Source: a virus | Length of the DNA: 64,000 nt | Strand: one strand, 5' to 3' | IMG/VR virus record: IMGVR_UViG_3300025789_000024 | Coordinates: 32,001 to 96,000 of that record | In this document: positions 18,745 to 33,700 of the stretch, one piece after another | Layout of the letters: each line of letters starts with the position of its first letter | Position numbering within the stretch: the stretch's first letter is position 1 | Made by a program: the position numbers and the translations under genes | Notes under the pieces: generated by a model | Databases searched by the model: none | What the model was told of the DNA's origin: nothing | Seen by the model: the letters and a program-made list of their open reading frames with translations, nothing else

Positions 18745-21700
18745 ATGGCAAATACAAATAGAATTAGAACATTAAATTTCTTACCAGAAATTTTTCAGAC
18801 AACTAGCAACCAACAATTCTTATCTGCCACATTAGATCAACTAGTAAATCCTCCTAATCTGCAAAGAATTCAAGGCTATGTTGGTAGTAAGTTTGGTTAC
18901 GGGGTTAATCCAAACGACTACTACGTTACTGAACCTACAAAGACTAGAACTGATTATCAATTAGAGCCTGGTGTTGTCATCACAAAAACAAATGAATCAG
19001 TTGCTCAAGACTTCATCACATATCCTGGTATACTAGATGCATTGTCATTACAAAATGGCGTAACCAATAACAACAATCGTTTGTTTAATAGCGAGTTCTA
19101 TTCATGGGATAGTTTTACTAACTTAGACAAAGTAATTAACTTTAATCAATACTATTGGTTGCCATTTGGTCCGCCTTCAGTCACTGTTGCGGCACAAACA
19201 ATTTATTCTACCGAGCAATATGTTGTAACCTCATTAGACAATGGTTATAATATTCGTATAGCATCATCGGCAAGTGGTGAAATTAATCCAACACTAACAT
19301 TATTGCGCGGGGGCACATATACATTTCAAGTCAATCAAAGTACACAGTTTTGGATTCAAGGTCAACCTGGAGTAACTGGTTACAGCCCAACACAAACTAA
19401 TCTTTACACACGTAATGTTTATGGTGTAGAAAACAATGGTGCCGAACAAGGGTTTGTAACATTTACCGTGCCTGCTGCTGATGCACAAAATCAATATGTT
19501 TTCCCTAACAGCGGTGTAAGTCTAGATTTGGTTTGTACAACTCCTTTTGCAGACGTTAACGGTAAATTGTTATCAAGTCTTGGTTCGATTGATGGCGTGA
19601 CCTCATTGCAAGGGTTGCAAATCATGTTTTATAATACCGGTGTCACAAATGAAACTGGTTATGTACAAACATATTTTGACGAAAATTCATATGACACTAA
19701 TAACAATTCATTAGTTCAACCATTAACAGTTACCGTTAATCAAGTTGCTAGTAATGTGCTTACTCTTGCTTCTGGCTTAAATGCGCAGTTACAAGTAAAC
19801 AGCACAATTACTTTTGATAATCCTACATTTGGTGGTGTAACAGCAGGCACTGTATACTTTGTTAACAGCTTAGTTGGCACTACAGGATTTACTATTTCTG
19901 CTACATTGGGCGGCACAACTTTGTCATTGACCAATGGTACTGGATTAATGACTGCAAATATAAATCAAGGTTTGTTAGAAGAAGGATTCTACACACCGGT
20001 AGCAAATAATTTTTACACGATTGAGTATATTGGCGATCCTGCTAACCCAGTTATCAGATTAGTACCAAGTGGAGTTATCCCTACTAATCAAACTATTACG
20101 CCAAAGTTTGGCACACAGTATAACAACTTGCCTTTCTATCGTAACACCGTAGGTACTATTAGTGAAATACCTTATATTAGTGCACCATTAGACACATTGT
20201 ACTACCAAGATGGTACAAACTCTGATAGCGTAGGTGTTATTAAATTAATTGAAAGCAACCTATCAAATACACTAGATGTAGATACACAGATTTTAGGACA
20301 AAAGTCATTCACATCAACAAATGGTGTTGTGTTTACTAATGGATTAAAAGTATCTTTTAACGGTGACGTTATTCCAACAGGTTATTTGAATGGCGAATAT
20401 TATGTAGAGGGTGTTGGTACTGCAATTGAATTGGTATCGATAGACTCGTTAATTTGCCCTGAAAGTTTTACAGAAGCAATTTACAATCCATATGATTTTA
20501 CTAACTATGATGAAGGCAACTGGGATTTAACAGACTTTGTTCCTGTTCTTCCTGACTACATCACAATCGCTAGAAACAGTATTAGTAAAAATGCATGGTC
20601 ACGCAGTAATCGTTGGTTCCACATCGATGTAATTAATGCAACAGCATCTTACAACAATAACCCGGAAATCCCTTCAATATATGCAACTGCTAGTGCAAAA
20701 GCACAACGTCCTATTATTGAATTTTATCCAAACTTGCAATTGTTTAACTCAGGTACGATTGGTAAACAAGCGATTGACTTTTATGACACACGAACAACTG
20801 ATGCATTGACACAAGTTGTTGACCAACAAAATTACTACCCAGACATTGAAGTGTATAGTGCATATACTGCAACCATTGCGGGTGTAACAAATGCAACAAC
20901 TACTACGATTACAGTTCAAGCCAGTGATGTTACTGGCACATTACAACAATATCAATATATTACCGATTCTACTAACTTGTTACCACGTAACACGCAAATT
21001 TTAAGTATTACCGGTACAACTACACTAACACTTACTGTAGCATGGACAAACGCAACTTCATTTAATACAACCGCTGTAGCAAGTATTGTTGCAAGTGAAA
21101 CCACAGTAAACAATTATGCATTGTTTTCCGGGGCTAGAGTTATTTTCTCAGCGGATCCTGCAGTAAGTAATGTTGTTTTTGTTGCTAACTTGTCTACATT
21201 AACTACAGGTTCAACACCGGTTATTACATTGACTCCGGCAGAAGACAGTCCTTGTTTAACAAATGAACAAGTTGCAGTATTACGTGGATATTATAATCAC
21301 GGCACTACATATTATTATACTGGTGCAGGTTGGTTAGAAGCACAAGAAAAAACAAATGTAAACATGTCACCGTACTTTGATATCTTTGATAGCAATGGTA
21401 TTAGTTTAGGTGATACATCAGTATATCAGAGTACTACATTTAAGGGCACTACATTGTTCCAATATGGTATTGGAGCAGGCGCAATCGACTCAATATTGGG
21501 ATTCCCATTAGCATATAGTTCTATTGAAAATCAAGGTGATATTCAATTCGATGTTACATTTAACTCAGATACATTTAATTATGTGACTGGTGCTACTCCT
21601 ATAACTGAAAATGTTAATACTGGTTATGTGTATAATTACAACATCGACCAAACATATGTTCGTCAAATTGGTTGGCAAACAGCAGTAAGTCCTAGTGTAC

Positions 21701-24700
21701 AATATCAAGTATTTGATTTTTCTGTACCTGCATTAAGTGGTACAACAGCATTTAATTGTGACATTGCACCAATGAGTTCTAGTGAAACAAATTGGCCAAC
21801 CGTTCAAGTATATGTGAATAACACTTATATTAATTCTGCAAATTATACAGTAACAACCACTGCCACAACAACTACAATCACTATAAACTCTGCTTATATT
21901 CCTGTTACTGATTGTGTAGTTCAAATCTTAATATTAAGTGACCAAGTAAGCAGTACGGCTTATTATCAGACTCCTATTAATTTGAATAATAACCCATTGA
22001 ATACTGATATTACTGTTGCTAACGTCGGTGATATTCGTAATCAATATCAAAGTATTTTCTATAACAATCCATACACAACTGGTGATGTATTTGGTCCTAA
22101 TAATTACAGAGACTTAGGTGATGTAGTTCCATATGGCAATGCTATTATTCAAAATAGTGCTAGTTTAGTTATACCCGGCGCATTATTGCGTGTACCGAAT
22201 CATAATTTATTCAATGCATTGCTATATAATAGTAGAGAGTATGTCAACTATAAGCAATTAATTGTAAGTACAGTTTCAAACACTAGTTTTACTCAAACAT
22301 ATAATCCAGCGCAAATCTTAGATATTGCATTGGCACAAATTACACAGGCTAAAAGTTCAGACCAATCATTCTTTTGGTCAGATATGATTCCGTCTAATGC
22401 ACCATATAGAACTAATACATATACATTTAATAATGCATTAGACACATCAATTTATCCATTATCACAAGTTTATAATTTTGAAACTTCAAACTATAATGGT
22501 GTGTTAGTGTATCGCACTACCGCATTAAATGGTTATCAAACTGTAACAGAACAATTAGTTAAGGGCCAAGATTATGTTGTTAGTACAACTGCCCCTTCAC
22601 TAGAAGTTACTATTGCATTAAATGCAGGTGATACTATTACTATTAATGAGTATAATAAAACTTATGGTAGTTATGCTCCGAATACTCCAACTAAGTTGGG
22701 ACTATATCCTTCATTCATCCCTAGTGTTGTATTAGATAGTGATTATATCGTCCCTACATATTTCATCATGGGTCATGATGGTTCATATACTAAGTTATAC
22801 GGGGCATATACAGACGGAGTGTTGCAAGATTATCGTGACCAAGCATTATTGGAATTTGAAACACGTGTTTACAATAACTTGAAGTTAAGTAACACTATTC
22901 CAATTCAAGCATATGATTTGATTCCTGGTTATTTCAGACAGAGTTCACAACAATATTCTAATAGTGAATGGTTAGAAATGTATACTCCTAGTTTCCTTAA
23001 CTGGATTGGTCAAAATCGTTTGAATTATAAAACACAATATTATAATGCCAATGATGAGTTTACATACAACTATAAAAATAGTGCTAACAAATTAAATGGT
23101 ACTGTTATTGAACAAGGTTACTGGAGAGGTGTGTATCAATATTTCTATGATACAACAACGCCAAATGAAACACCTTGGGAAATGTTGTACTATCCAGATC
23201 AACCTAGCTGGTGGACGGAGCGTTATGGCCCTGCACCATACACAAGTGATAACTTAGTGTTGTGGGATGACATAGCAAATGGTGTTCGTTGGGACAACGG
23301 AGTTCCTGTAACAGTTCCTGAATTAGCACGTCCTAGTTTGCTAAACATATTACCTGTTGATAGTGCAGGTAATTTAGTGTCACCTTTTGTATCAATTGTT
23401 GGTAATTATAGTCCTGGTACATTCCAGAAAGATTGGGTTGTTGGTGATGACGGGCCAACAGAATTAAGTTATAGAAGAAGTAGCACATGGCCCTTTGACT
23501 TGATGAGACTTCAAGCATTGATGAAGCCTGCCGAGTTCTTTAACTTAGGTGTATGGGTAGACAATTACAAATACAATGCAGAGTTTAATCAATACTTAGT
23601 TAACAACAGAAGTCACTTAGTGCCTAACGAGATTCCTATATATGGTTCAGGAACACCTGTAACTAGTTACTTAAACTGGATTGTTGATTTTGAGAAACAA
23701 CAGGGCATTGATGCTACAACAAATCTAACAACATTGTTCAACAACTTAGATGTAAGATTAATTTATAGATTAGCCGGATTCAGCGATCAAAATCAACTAG
23801 CGTTCTATGTTGAAAAAGCAAGTCCAAACACAACAAGTTCTTCATTATTGATTCCAAATGAAAGTTATGGTATTTTGTTATACGATAATCAACCATTTGA
23901 TAGAATTCCATATAGTTCAGTAATCATTCAACAAAATGATGGTTACTATACAGTGTTTGGTAATGCACAACAGTTTGCATATTTCACAGTCTTGAATCCT
24001 GTGTACGATAATCAATACGAAATTGTTGACATCAATTCAATACAAGTTAAAATCGCAAAAAATTATAGTACTAAAGAAACTATTGTACCATATGGAACAG
24101 CTTTCTACAGCCAACAAGAATTAGCACAATTTTTGGTTAGCTATGGTAAATGGCTACAAAGTAAAGGCATGGTATTTGAAGACATTCAAAACGGTCTTGC
24201 AGTTACCTGGAACCAAATGGTTGCAGAGTTCTTGTATTGGGCACAAACAGGATGGGGTGCAGGCTCTGTTATTACATTGAACCCTGCTGCAACACTATTG
24301 ACTATCGATAAAGTTGATTGTGTTGTTCAACCATTAACTATCCAAGATCAAAACTTTGTATTGAATCAAAACTTATATCCAATTCAATTGAAGGATATGT
24401 GTATTGAACGTAACGATACACAGTTTACATTACATGCACTAAATCAAGGTGACACATTTAGTTATGCACAATTTGATTTAGGTAACTTTGAACATGGCAT
24501 TGTGTTTGATAACACTACCTTGTTTAATGATACAATCTATAATCTAGTAACCGGCTTACGTCAAAACAGAATTAATGTACGTGGTACAAAAACTGCTGAT
24601 TGGAATGGTACTGTAAATGCTTGGGGCTTTATCTTGAATCAAGATAACGTTCGTGAATGGAATAATACACTCAAGTATACCAAAGGTCAGATTGTTCTTT

Positions 24701-27700
24701 ACAAGAACAAGTATTGGGTTGCGCAACGTGTTATTGAACCAACTGCAACATTCAATCAACAAGATTGGAAAGAAACAAACTATAGTGCAGTTCAAACAGG
24801 ATTACTTCCTAACCCATCTACACGTTCATTTGAAAGCGCATTATACTACGACACTAATACTAGAAACCTATCACAAGATGCTAACTTATTAAGTTATAGT
24901 TTGATTGGTTACAGACCAAGAGACTATTTGGCAACAGCAGATTTAACAGACGTTACACAAATCAATGTTTATAAAAACATGATTAAGAGTAAAGGTACAA
25001 ATCTTGCTATCAATGCATTCAAGGGTGTAACACTACCTCAAGGTGGCATTGACTATACTGTTTATGAAAACTGGGCTATCAAACAAGGTGAGTTTGGTGG
25101 TGTAGCAAATAATAACTTTGTACAGTTCAAAGTGAACCAAGCAAATATGACTGGTGACCCATCAATCTTTAGTTTAACTAATGGTGTGTACACTCAAGGA
25201 TCAATGCAAGAAATTCCTATCTATAGTCTTTACAACTATGGACATAACATTACTGATCCAAATATCTTGTTAACAACGAATAGTGCAGAGCCTAACAGTA
25301 CAAACATCTATCCAGATGCAGGTTATGTAAACTTCAATGACGTTAAGATGTCAAGTTATTTCTACTCTGGTTTACCTAGAGCAACTAACATCGGTGGTCA
25401 AATTGTTCCTATTCAAAATTTCTATGTAAGAGATTATGTTTGGATGGCTAACTTCTTGAACACATGGAATGTTTACTCATTCAAACCAATTGGTCAAGTC
25501 GTACAAGTTAGAAACAACTTAAACAACACAGCAACAGTTGTTTTTGCAGCGCCCCATGGATTGAAAAAATTACAACCATTGGCAATTGTAAACTTTGCAA
25601 GTAATGTTGACGGCTATTACATTGTCACACAAGTTGTAGACTTGACTACAGTTATCATTAACTTGAATGTACAGGCTACAAATCAAAATACATTAACTGG
25701 TCAAGGTATTGGTTTAATCTTTGAAACACAACGTGCAGCCAAACCATCTGAAATTGGATTGTTAGACTTAACTGAAGCAGACTTTATTACAAATACAGTT
25801 TGGGTTGACGAAAATACAGACGGTAACTGGGCAGTATATCAAAAGACAATTAACTATGATTATCAACAGCAAGTAACTAAAGAAGGTGCAACTAACTTTG
25901 GTAGTGCAGTCGCATACTCACCACAAATGGGTTACTTAGTAAGTGATGCTAGTCAAGGTAATGTTTACAGATATGTATATGATGCTGTTGCCTCAACAGC
26001 AACAGGTTCACCTGTATACGACTTAAGTCAAACATTGTCAGGTGGTACAAGTTTTGGTACAACAATCATTCACAAAAACAACATTTTTGTTATTAGTGAA
26101 CCAACAAGTGGCACACCAAAAGTATACATTTATGCATTGAATAGTAGCACAGTCTCAACTGCAATACTAACATACCAAACAGCAATTAGTGCACCCGGTG
26201 GTGTAACTAACTGGGGTAGTTCATTAGCAATGTCAGGAGATAACAATTGGTTGTATATCTCTGACATTGCAAATAACAATGTGTATGTCTATCGTAGAGA
26301 ACAGATTCTATTGAATGCCGGTTACTTTGTAACTGGTCAAACATATACAATTGAAACTGTTGGTACAACAGACTTTACAGCAATTGGCGCAATTGCAAAT
26401 GCAGTTGGAATCACATTTGTTGCAACTGGCGCTGGTACTGGCACCGGCACTGCAATGCAAGTAACATATGCACAATCAACTGTTATCAGTGGCGCATCAA
26501 CTGCAGGATCAGTGTCAGGTGATAACTTTGGTAGTTCATTGGCAACTGATTATTATGGTCAAACATTGTTTGTCGGCGCCCCTGACGTAAATTACAGTTC
26601 AACAATTGAGAACTGGGGTAGTGTATATGCATATCAAAGAACAGTTCAAAATGTTGAAGCACAACAAACTAGTACAGTTGGACAAGTTCAATCATTTACA
26701 TTGGGTTGGACTCCAGCAGCAGGCGCAACAAGAACAGCAAGTGCAACTAATGGTAGCACAAACTACATTACATGTAATGCAGCCATGACTGGTTTTGCAG
26801 TAAATCAACCAGTTGTGTTTGGGGATATTTTGACTGCTACAGCGGCTGGTAGTTTTGTAATAGGCAAATCATATAAAATTACTACAGTCGGCACTACAGA
26901 CTTCACAGCGATTGGTGCAAGTTCTAACTCAGTGGGGGTTATTTTTACAGCAACTGGTGTAGGATCAGGAACCGGTACTGCAACTCAAACAACTAATCTT
27001 GCAAATAGCGGTATTAAACCAAATGTTGTTTACTATATTGCAAGTATCTCTGGCTCAACAATTTCTATTAAGACTTCACGATCATCAACAACACCTGTAC
27101 AACTAACTACTGCAAGTGGATTGTCATTTGGTGTGTATGTACAAGTTGACCCATTATATGTTACGGTCAATGGTACATTAGTACAAGACAACAACTATGG
27201 TGTAATTGGTAGTCAATTTGTTTACAGTGGTGCATTGCAAGCAGGTGACATTATTAACATCAGCGATAATCAATACACACTGGTACAAAACTTTAATTCG
27301 CAATTCAATGACAGAACCGGAACACATTACGGTTATGCAATGGACATGAACACGTTTGGTACAGAAACAATTATTGGTTCACCTTTTGAAATAAATGACA
27401 CCACTGGCGAAGAAGGTGCTGCATATAGATATACTAATGCAGGTGCTAAGTATGGTGTTGTAATTGGTACTAATGATTGTACATTGAATTCAGCAGGTGT
27501 GATATTTATTAATGGTTACTTAGTATTCTTAAGTGCAGGTAATGCAACAGGTATCGCTAACCAAATTAATGCAAGCAATGTTCCTAATGTGCAAGCAAGT
27601 GCGACAGCAAATAATACATTAATCATTCAATTGATTGATACTGCACTTGCACCAGTAAGTCAACAATTATTAATTTCAGTAGTTGACGAAACTGTGTTAA

Positions 27701-30700
27701 CACAATTGGGTATTGATGTATTTGTAAACACGCAAGTATTAGTATCTCCTTATGTTAACGGTCCTACTGAGTTTGGTACAGCAATTAAGTTCAACGAATC
27801 AGATAGCGTTGTAATTTCTGCCCCAGTTGGTACACGTTATGAGTTCACATCATTTGACTTTACAGACAATGGTACACCTGACTTAGATACTATTTTCGAT
27901 AACAATGCAACACGTTTTGTTGAAAGTTATCCAAACGCAGGTGCAGTATACATGTATGACTATCTTGGAAATTACAACGAAAACGTTGGTAATTCAGGAC
28001 AGTTTGTATTTGCACAATCAACAAACTCACAAAACACAAGTTATGGATTCAATCCATTATATGGTGCAAGTCTAGACTTTAACAACAATACAGTTATTGT
28101 TGGTTCACCTGACTTCTTGCCAGGAGTAGCAGACGGTCAAGTTGTTATCTATACAAATGCAACCGGTATGCAAGATTGGGGTATCTATAGACAAAGTGCA
28201 CCTGTTGTGGATATCAACAGTATCAGCAATACGCAATTGTTTAGTGCTACAACAAACAACACACTAGTTAACTTAGATTACATCGATCCATTACAAGGTA
28301 AGATTCTTGGTGCAGTTAGAGAAAATCTAGACTTTGTAACAAACACAGATCCTGCAAGATACAATAGCAATCTAGCAAGTCAAACAGGTTATGTTTGGGG
28401 TGCAAATGAAGTTGGTAAAACATGGTTCAACACTAACAACGTTCGTTTTGTTAACTATCACCAAAATGACGTGGTGTACAATAGCAAATACTGGGGCTCC
28501 GTATTCCCAGGAAGCGATGTTGCAGTTTACACATGGGTAGCAAGTAACGTGCCACCTAACAACTATCAAGGTCCTGGAACTCCATTAGATGTTACACTAT
28601 ATGCTATTAGTAGCACAATCAATGCAAGTAGTGTTGTTGTACCTATCTATTATTTCTGGGTACGCAATAGTAATTTGATTTTCAGCGAAACAGGTAAAAC
28701 ATTAAGTGATACTATTCTTGCTCAATATATTGCGAATCCACGTGGGTCAGGTATCAGTTTCATGGCACCTTTGCTACCTAATACATTTGCAATTTACAAT
28801 GGTTTGAGTTATTTTAACGGTACTGACACCGTGTTTAATATCGCATACAGCACAAATTCAGATTCTGGAAGTGATATCTATCACCAGCAGTTTGCTATTA
28901 TCAAAGAAAACTCTGCTAGTGACTTCTTGCCTGGCTTCCCACAATATGCTTATGTAAGTAGTACATTAAGTGATCCTAGTGGATTGTATCTACGTTTTGT
29001 AAACAGTTTGGCTGGTTGTGATGATGCAGGTGGTGTAGTTCCTGATCCATATTTACCATTACGAGTTCAATCAGGTGTTCAAGTAAGACCAAGACAAAGT
29101 TTCTTCCTTGACAGATTCTTAGCACTTAAAAACTATTTGACATTTGCTAATGAAGTGTTAGTACAATATCCAATCGTTGAACTAAGAGAAAATTTAGACT
29201 TCTTGTACACAGTAGGAGATATTAATCCTGGTACAGGCTTACCATACTACGACACAACTAACTATTGGACGTTTGTCAACTGGTGGGCTCCTGGATACAG
29301 CGACAATACACGTTCAGTATTGCAAGTCCCTTTGTATGCAGATTTGGCAGCATTGAATGTAAGTTCAGGCACAATTGTAACTGTTGAACAAAACGGTGTA
29401 GGCAAATTTGAAGTATACACAACTGATGGATTGGGTACTTGGACACGTATTGGTTTGCAACAAGGTACTATTCAATTTAGCAGCGCATTGTGGGATTACT
29501 CAAGTGCAGGTTTAGGTTTTGGTGGCAACTTCTTTGACACTAATGTATTTGATTTATACCCAAGTGAAGAAACACGTTACATTATTCGTGCACTAAATGA
29601 ACAAATTTATATCAATGATTTGTTAATTTATAGAAACAAGAGTTTGATATTGATGTTTGAATACATTCAAAGCGAAACAACATCATCACAAAATTTCTTG
29701 CCTTGGTTAAACAAAACATCATTGGTCGATGTGTCACATAAGATTCGTGAATTGTTACCACTTGAAGTATATCAAGGTGATAACGAAGTATTTTTAGAAG
29801 GATACTTGAATGAAGTAAAACCATATCACGTAACTATCAAACAGTTTAGTTTCAACTATACAGGAACTGATGTATTCCAAGGTGATATCACAGACTTTGA
29901 TGTTCCTTCACAATGGAACAACATATACCAAGAATTCATTAGTCCAGAATTAGTATATACATTGCCTAACAATGAATATGAATATCTGCCTACTGATCCT
30001 ATCTGGCAAACTGCACCTTACAGTCAATGGTATCAAAACTATGGTGTGTCATTGACAGGTCAAGATAACTACAACATTACAACTTTAGTATCATATCTAA
30101 CTCCAAGTTCTAGAAGTATTATTGTTGATAATGCAAATGGCTTCCCAATCAATGGTACTATTACTATTGACGGAGAACAAATTGGTTACTCTTATGTAGA
30201 CCGTGCTAAAAATCAACTAAGTGGATTGGTGCGTGGATACAACAGTACTACAATCACTAATCACATACCTGGCGCTAAGATTTACATCGATTTGCCTGCT
30301 GTGTTATTATTAAGCGGTGGTGCTGGATATACTAACCCACCTAGAGTAACTGCATACATTGATGAAACTCAATACCCTGCTCCAAGAACACCTGCTGTGT
30401 TAGAAGCAGTAATGAATTTGGATTCTGTATTGTCAATTAATGTTATCAATCCTGGTTCAGGTTACGCTGTGTTACCTACTATCGTGATTGACCCATCTGC
30501 AACTATTTACTTTGCAGATACACAAGTCAATTCAGTATTGCACACAATTACTGTATATGCCCCTGAATTGGTAACAGGTCTTGAAGTGCAATATTTTGAT
30601 GACACCGCAACAGGTAATGGAATTGGTGAGTTGTCAAATGGACAATGGTACTATATCAATGTATTAGAAGACAATCCTACTGCGGTTGTAGCATTATACA

Positions 30701-33700
30701 CTACGTATAGTAATGCTGTAAACGACAAGAACAGAGTTCCACTATTCACAAATGGTTCTGGTAATAGTTTCTCTATTAATCTTGGCGCAAGAGCATCAGC
30801 AATTTCTACTGCTTATCCAGTGCGTGAAAACGCTATCAGAATTAAATTTGATAGAACCACTTATACTTCTCAAGTATTAGATTGGGAAAGTGGTGCATAC
30901 TATGGTGCATTCTTTGCTGGTAGCTATCGTAATAACGAAGATTATTCAAGTTCAGATATATTGTTGCCTTTCAGTCAAGCAACTGCAACTCCTCCTGTAA
31001 GTTTTATGACAGCAGCTTCAGGCGGCGGTGTAGTATTTGAAATTAGCGAAGTTGACAATCAACAACAAGTTGAGTGGTCATCATTTGTTAGATATGTGGG
31101 TTCTACTGTTGCAGCTAATAACTCTATCAAATTGATTCCGCAAGATGGAAACAATGATCCTAACAACCCGCAACCAAATGCTTCTGGTACAACAGTTGGT
31201 TTCTATGTTGGTATGCCTGTACAGTTTGCAGGCCCTGGCATTGGTGGTTTAGTTGGCACAACTACAAGTGATCCTATAATTTATTACGTACACAGTATTA
31301 TTGATGAATTGTACTTTACCGTATCAACTACAGTCGGTGGTGATGTAGTAACATTAACAAATGCAACAGTTGGTGCAGCGGGCTTACAATGTTTAACTGC
31401 AAGCGTAGTGAATACTGCGGTGTTGACTGTTAATTACCCGGGTATATTAACTGTAACCAACACTAGTGCAGGTACTAACGTATTGACAGTTCCAACATCG
31501 GCAATTGGTACAGGTGGCACAAATGGATTCTATGTTGGTATTCCTTTAGTCTTCACTGGCGAAACATTTGGTGGCATTGTAGCAAATCAAGTTTACTATG
31601 TGTCAACTATTATTGATGAAGAGAACTTTACAGTTTCTTCAAATGATAAACCTTTGCAAGCTACCGTATACAGTGTTTCAAGTTCAAACAATCATGTAAC
31701 GGTGTCATCTACTACAGGTATGGATGTCAATGATCCAGTCATCTTTAACAATATGATAATCAGTGGCGTGAGTGGAATATTATTTGGTAATATACATTCA
31801 GGTGTAACTTATTATATTAGCCAAATTGTTGATGGCACTACAATTACAATTAGCCAATATGTTAATGGATTAGTATTCAATCCAGGAACAGTTGCTGCTA
31901 GTGGTACTACAAGTGCATTAGTAACTGATCAGGCATCAAGTAGCCAATTGTCTACTGCTACTGGTAATATGACAATGAACGTTAATTTGCCAATTAGTCC
32001 CGGACAAGTTAACGGGCAAGCATTCAACTTGTATGAAACATCACAGCAATATCCAAATATTGCTACAGGTGTTATCAGCGAATTAATTGGAAATACAGTT
32101 AACGCTACAGTTGCGACAACAAATCTTGTTGCATTTAGTAATCAACAACCAACACAGTTTATGTATGTAAACATGCCTGTTAGATTTAACACAGCTATCG
32201 GTGGCTTGAGTACTAATACAACATATTGGATTAAATCTTTGGGTGTAATTTCTGTAAATTGTACAACTACAAGTTCTTCAACTAACCAAATTACATGCAG
32301 TAGTACTACATCATTGTACACAGGTATGCCTATTGTATTTACGGGCGTGTCATTGGGTGGAATTACTATTGGACAAACATATTTTGTTAAAACAATTGTA
32401 GACAGTACCCATTTTACAATTAGCGCAACTTCAGGTGGTTCAGCATTAGTATTATATACCTCTAACGGTGAAATGGTTGGTACTGGTGACCCATATATGA
32501 CAGTTTCTACATCATTAGGAGGCAGTGTAGTATCATTATCAGCAAGTACAGCAGGATCAAGTTTTGTTCAATACCCAACTGCTACACCAACGTTTGACAT
32601 TTCTTATGCTGTGGGCGGTTACTTGGCAATCGTCAATAGTGCTGCAACCGGATTTGCAATTAATAACGTGATTACAATTGATGGTCAGTTTGTCGGTGGT
32701 ACAACACCAGCTAACAATGTTACTTTAACTGTAAACACTATTGGAACCAATGGAGAAATTACTAGCGTAATTGCTAGTGGTACTGTACCTTCAGTATCAA
32801 ATACATATTACTTAGAAGTAACTTCACCAAATACATTGGCTGTATACAGTAATCCTTTATTGACAGTTCCTGTAAGTGGTTTAGACTTTCCTTATGTTGG
32901 ATTTACTGAAACTACTGTAGTTCAAACACAAAGTACAGGTAACATTGTGGTAGCAGATGCGTCAGGGTTTAATTTATATGATCCTATTGTATTCACTGGA
33001 AATGTACAAGGCAATCTAAATGTAGGTACAGCATATTACATCAGTAATATTGTTGGAACAACAATCACATTGAGTGCAACACCAGGCGGTAGTGCCATAA
33101 CAAGCGTAACAACCAATACTTCAACAAACTTTACAATGGCTAAAACAGGAAGTTTTGCAGTATTACCTCAGCCATTCTACTTCAATCAAAGTATTGTCAA
33201 GTACAACAATCAAGTATACCAATGTATCATTTCTAACAACGACAGCGAATTCATCTTTGGTAAATGGCAGTTGTTAGATAGCAATAGCAGTTTGTTAAAT
33301 GCTATGGACAGAGTAATGGGTTACTATCAGCCTACTGCTGATATGCCTGGCGTAGATTTAACACAATTGTTTGAGGGTGTAACTTATCCTAACTCAACTT
33401 ATTATGGTAATCAATTTGCTCCTGCAAATCAGTACCCTGTTGATACAATTCTGCAAGATCAACCATTCTATCCAACTGACGTAAACATAACAGGTATCAT
33501 TTGGAACGGTGTAAATTATTTTGCAACAAGTAATCTACCAACATACTCTGCTGTATTGATTAGTCATGACGGAGTAACATGGAGTATTGACACACTAGCA
33601 AATATTGATGTAGACGCAACAAGCATTCTTTATGCTGGTGGTATGTATGTATTGACTACAACTAACAGTGCTACTCCTATCTATAGAAGTAATGACGGCT

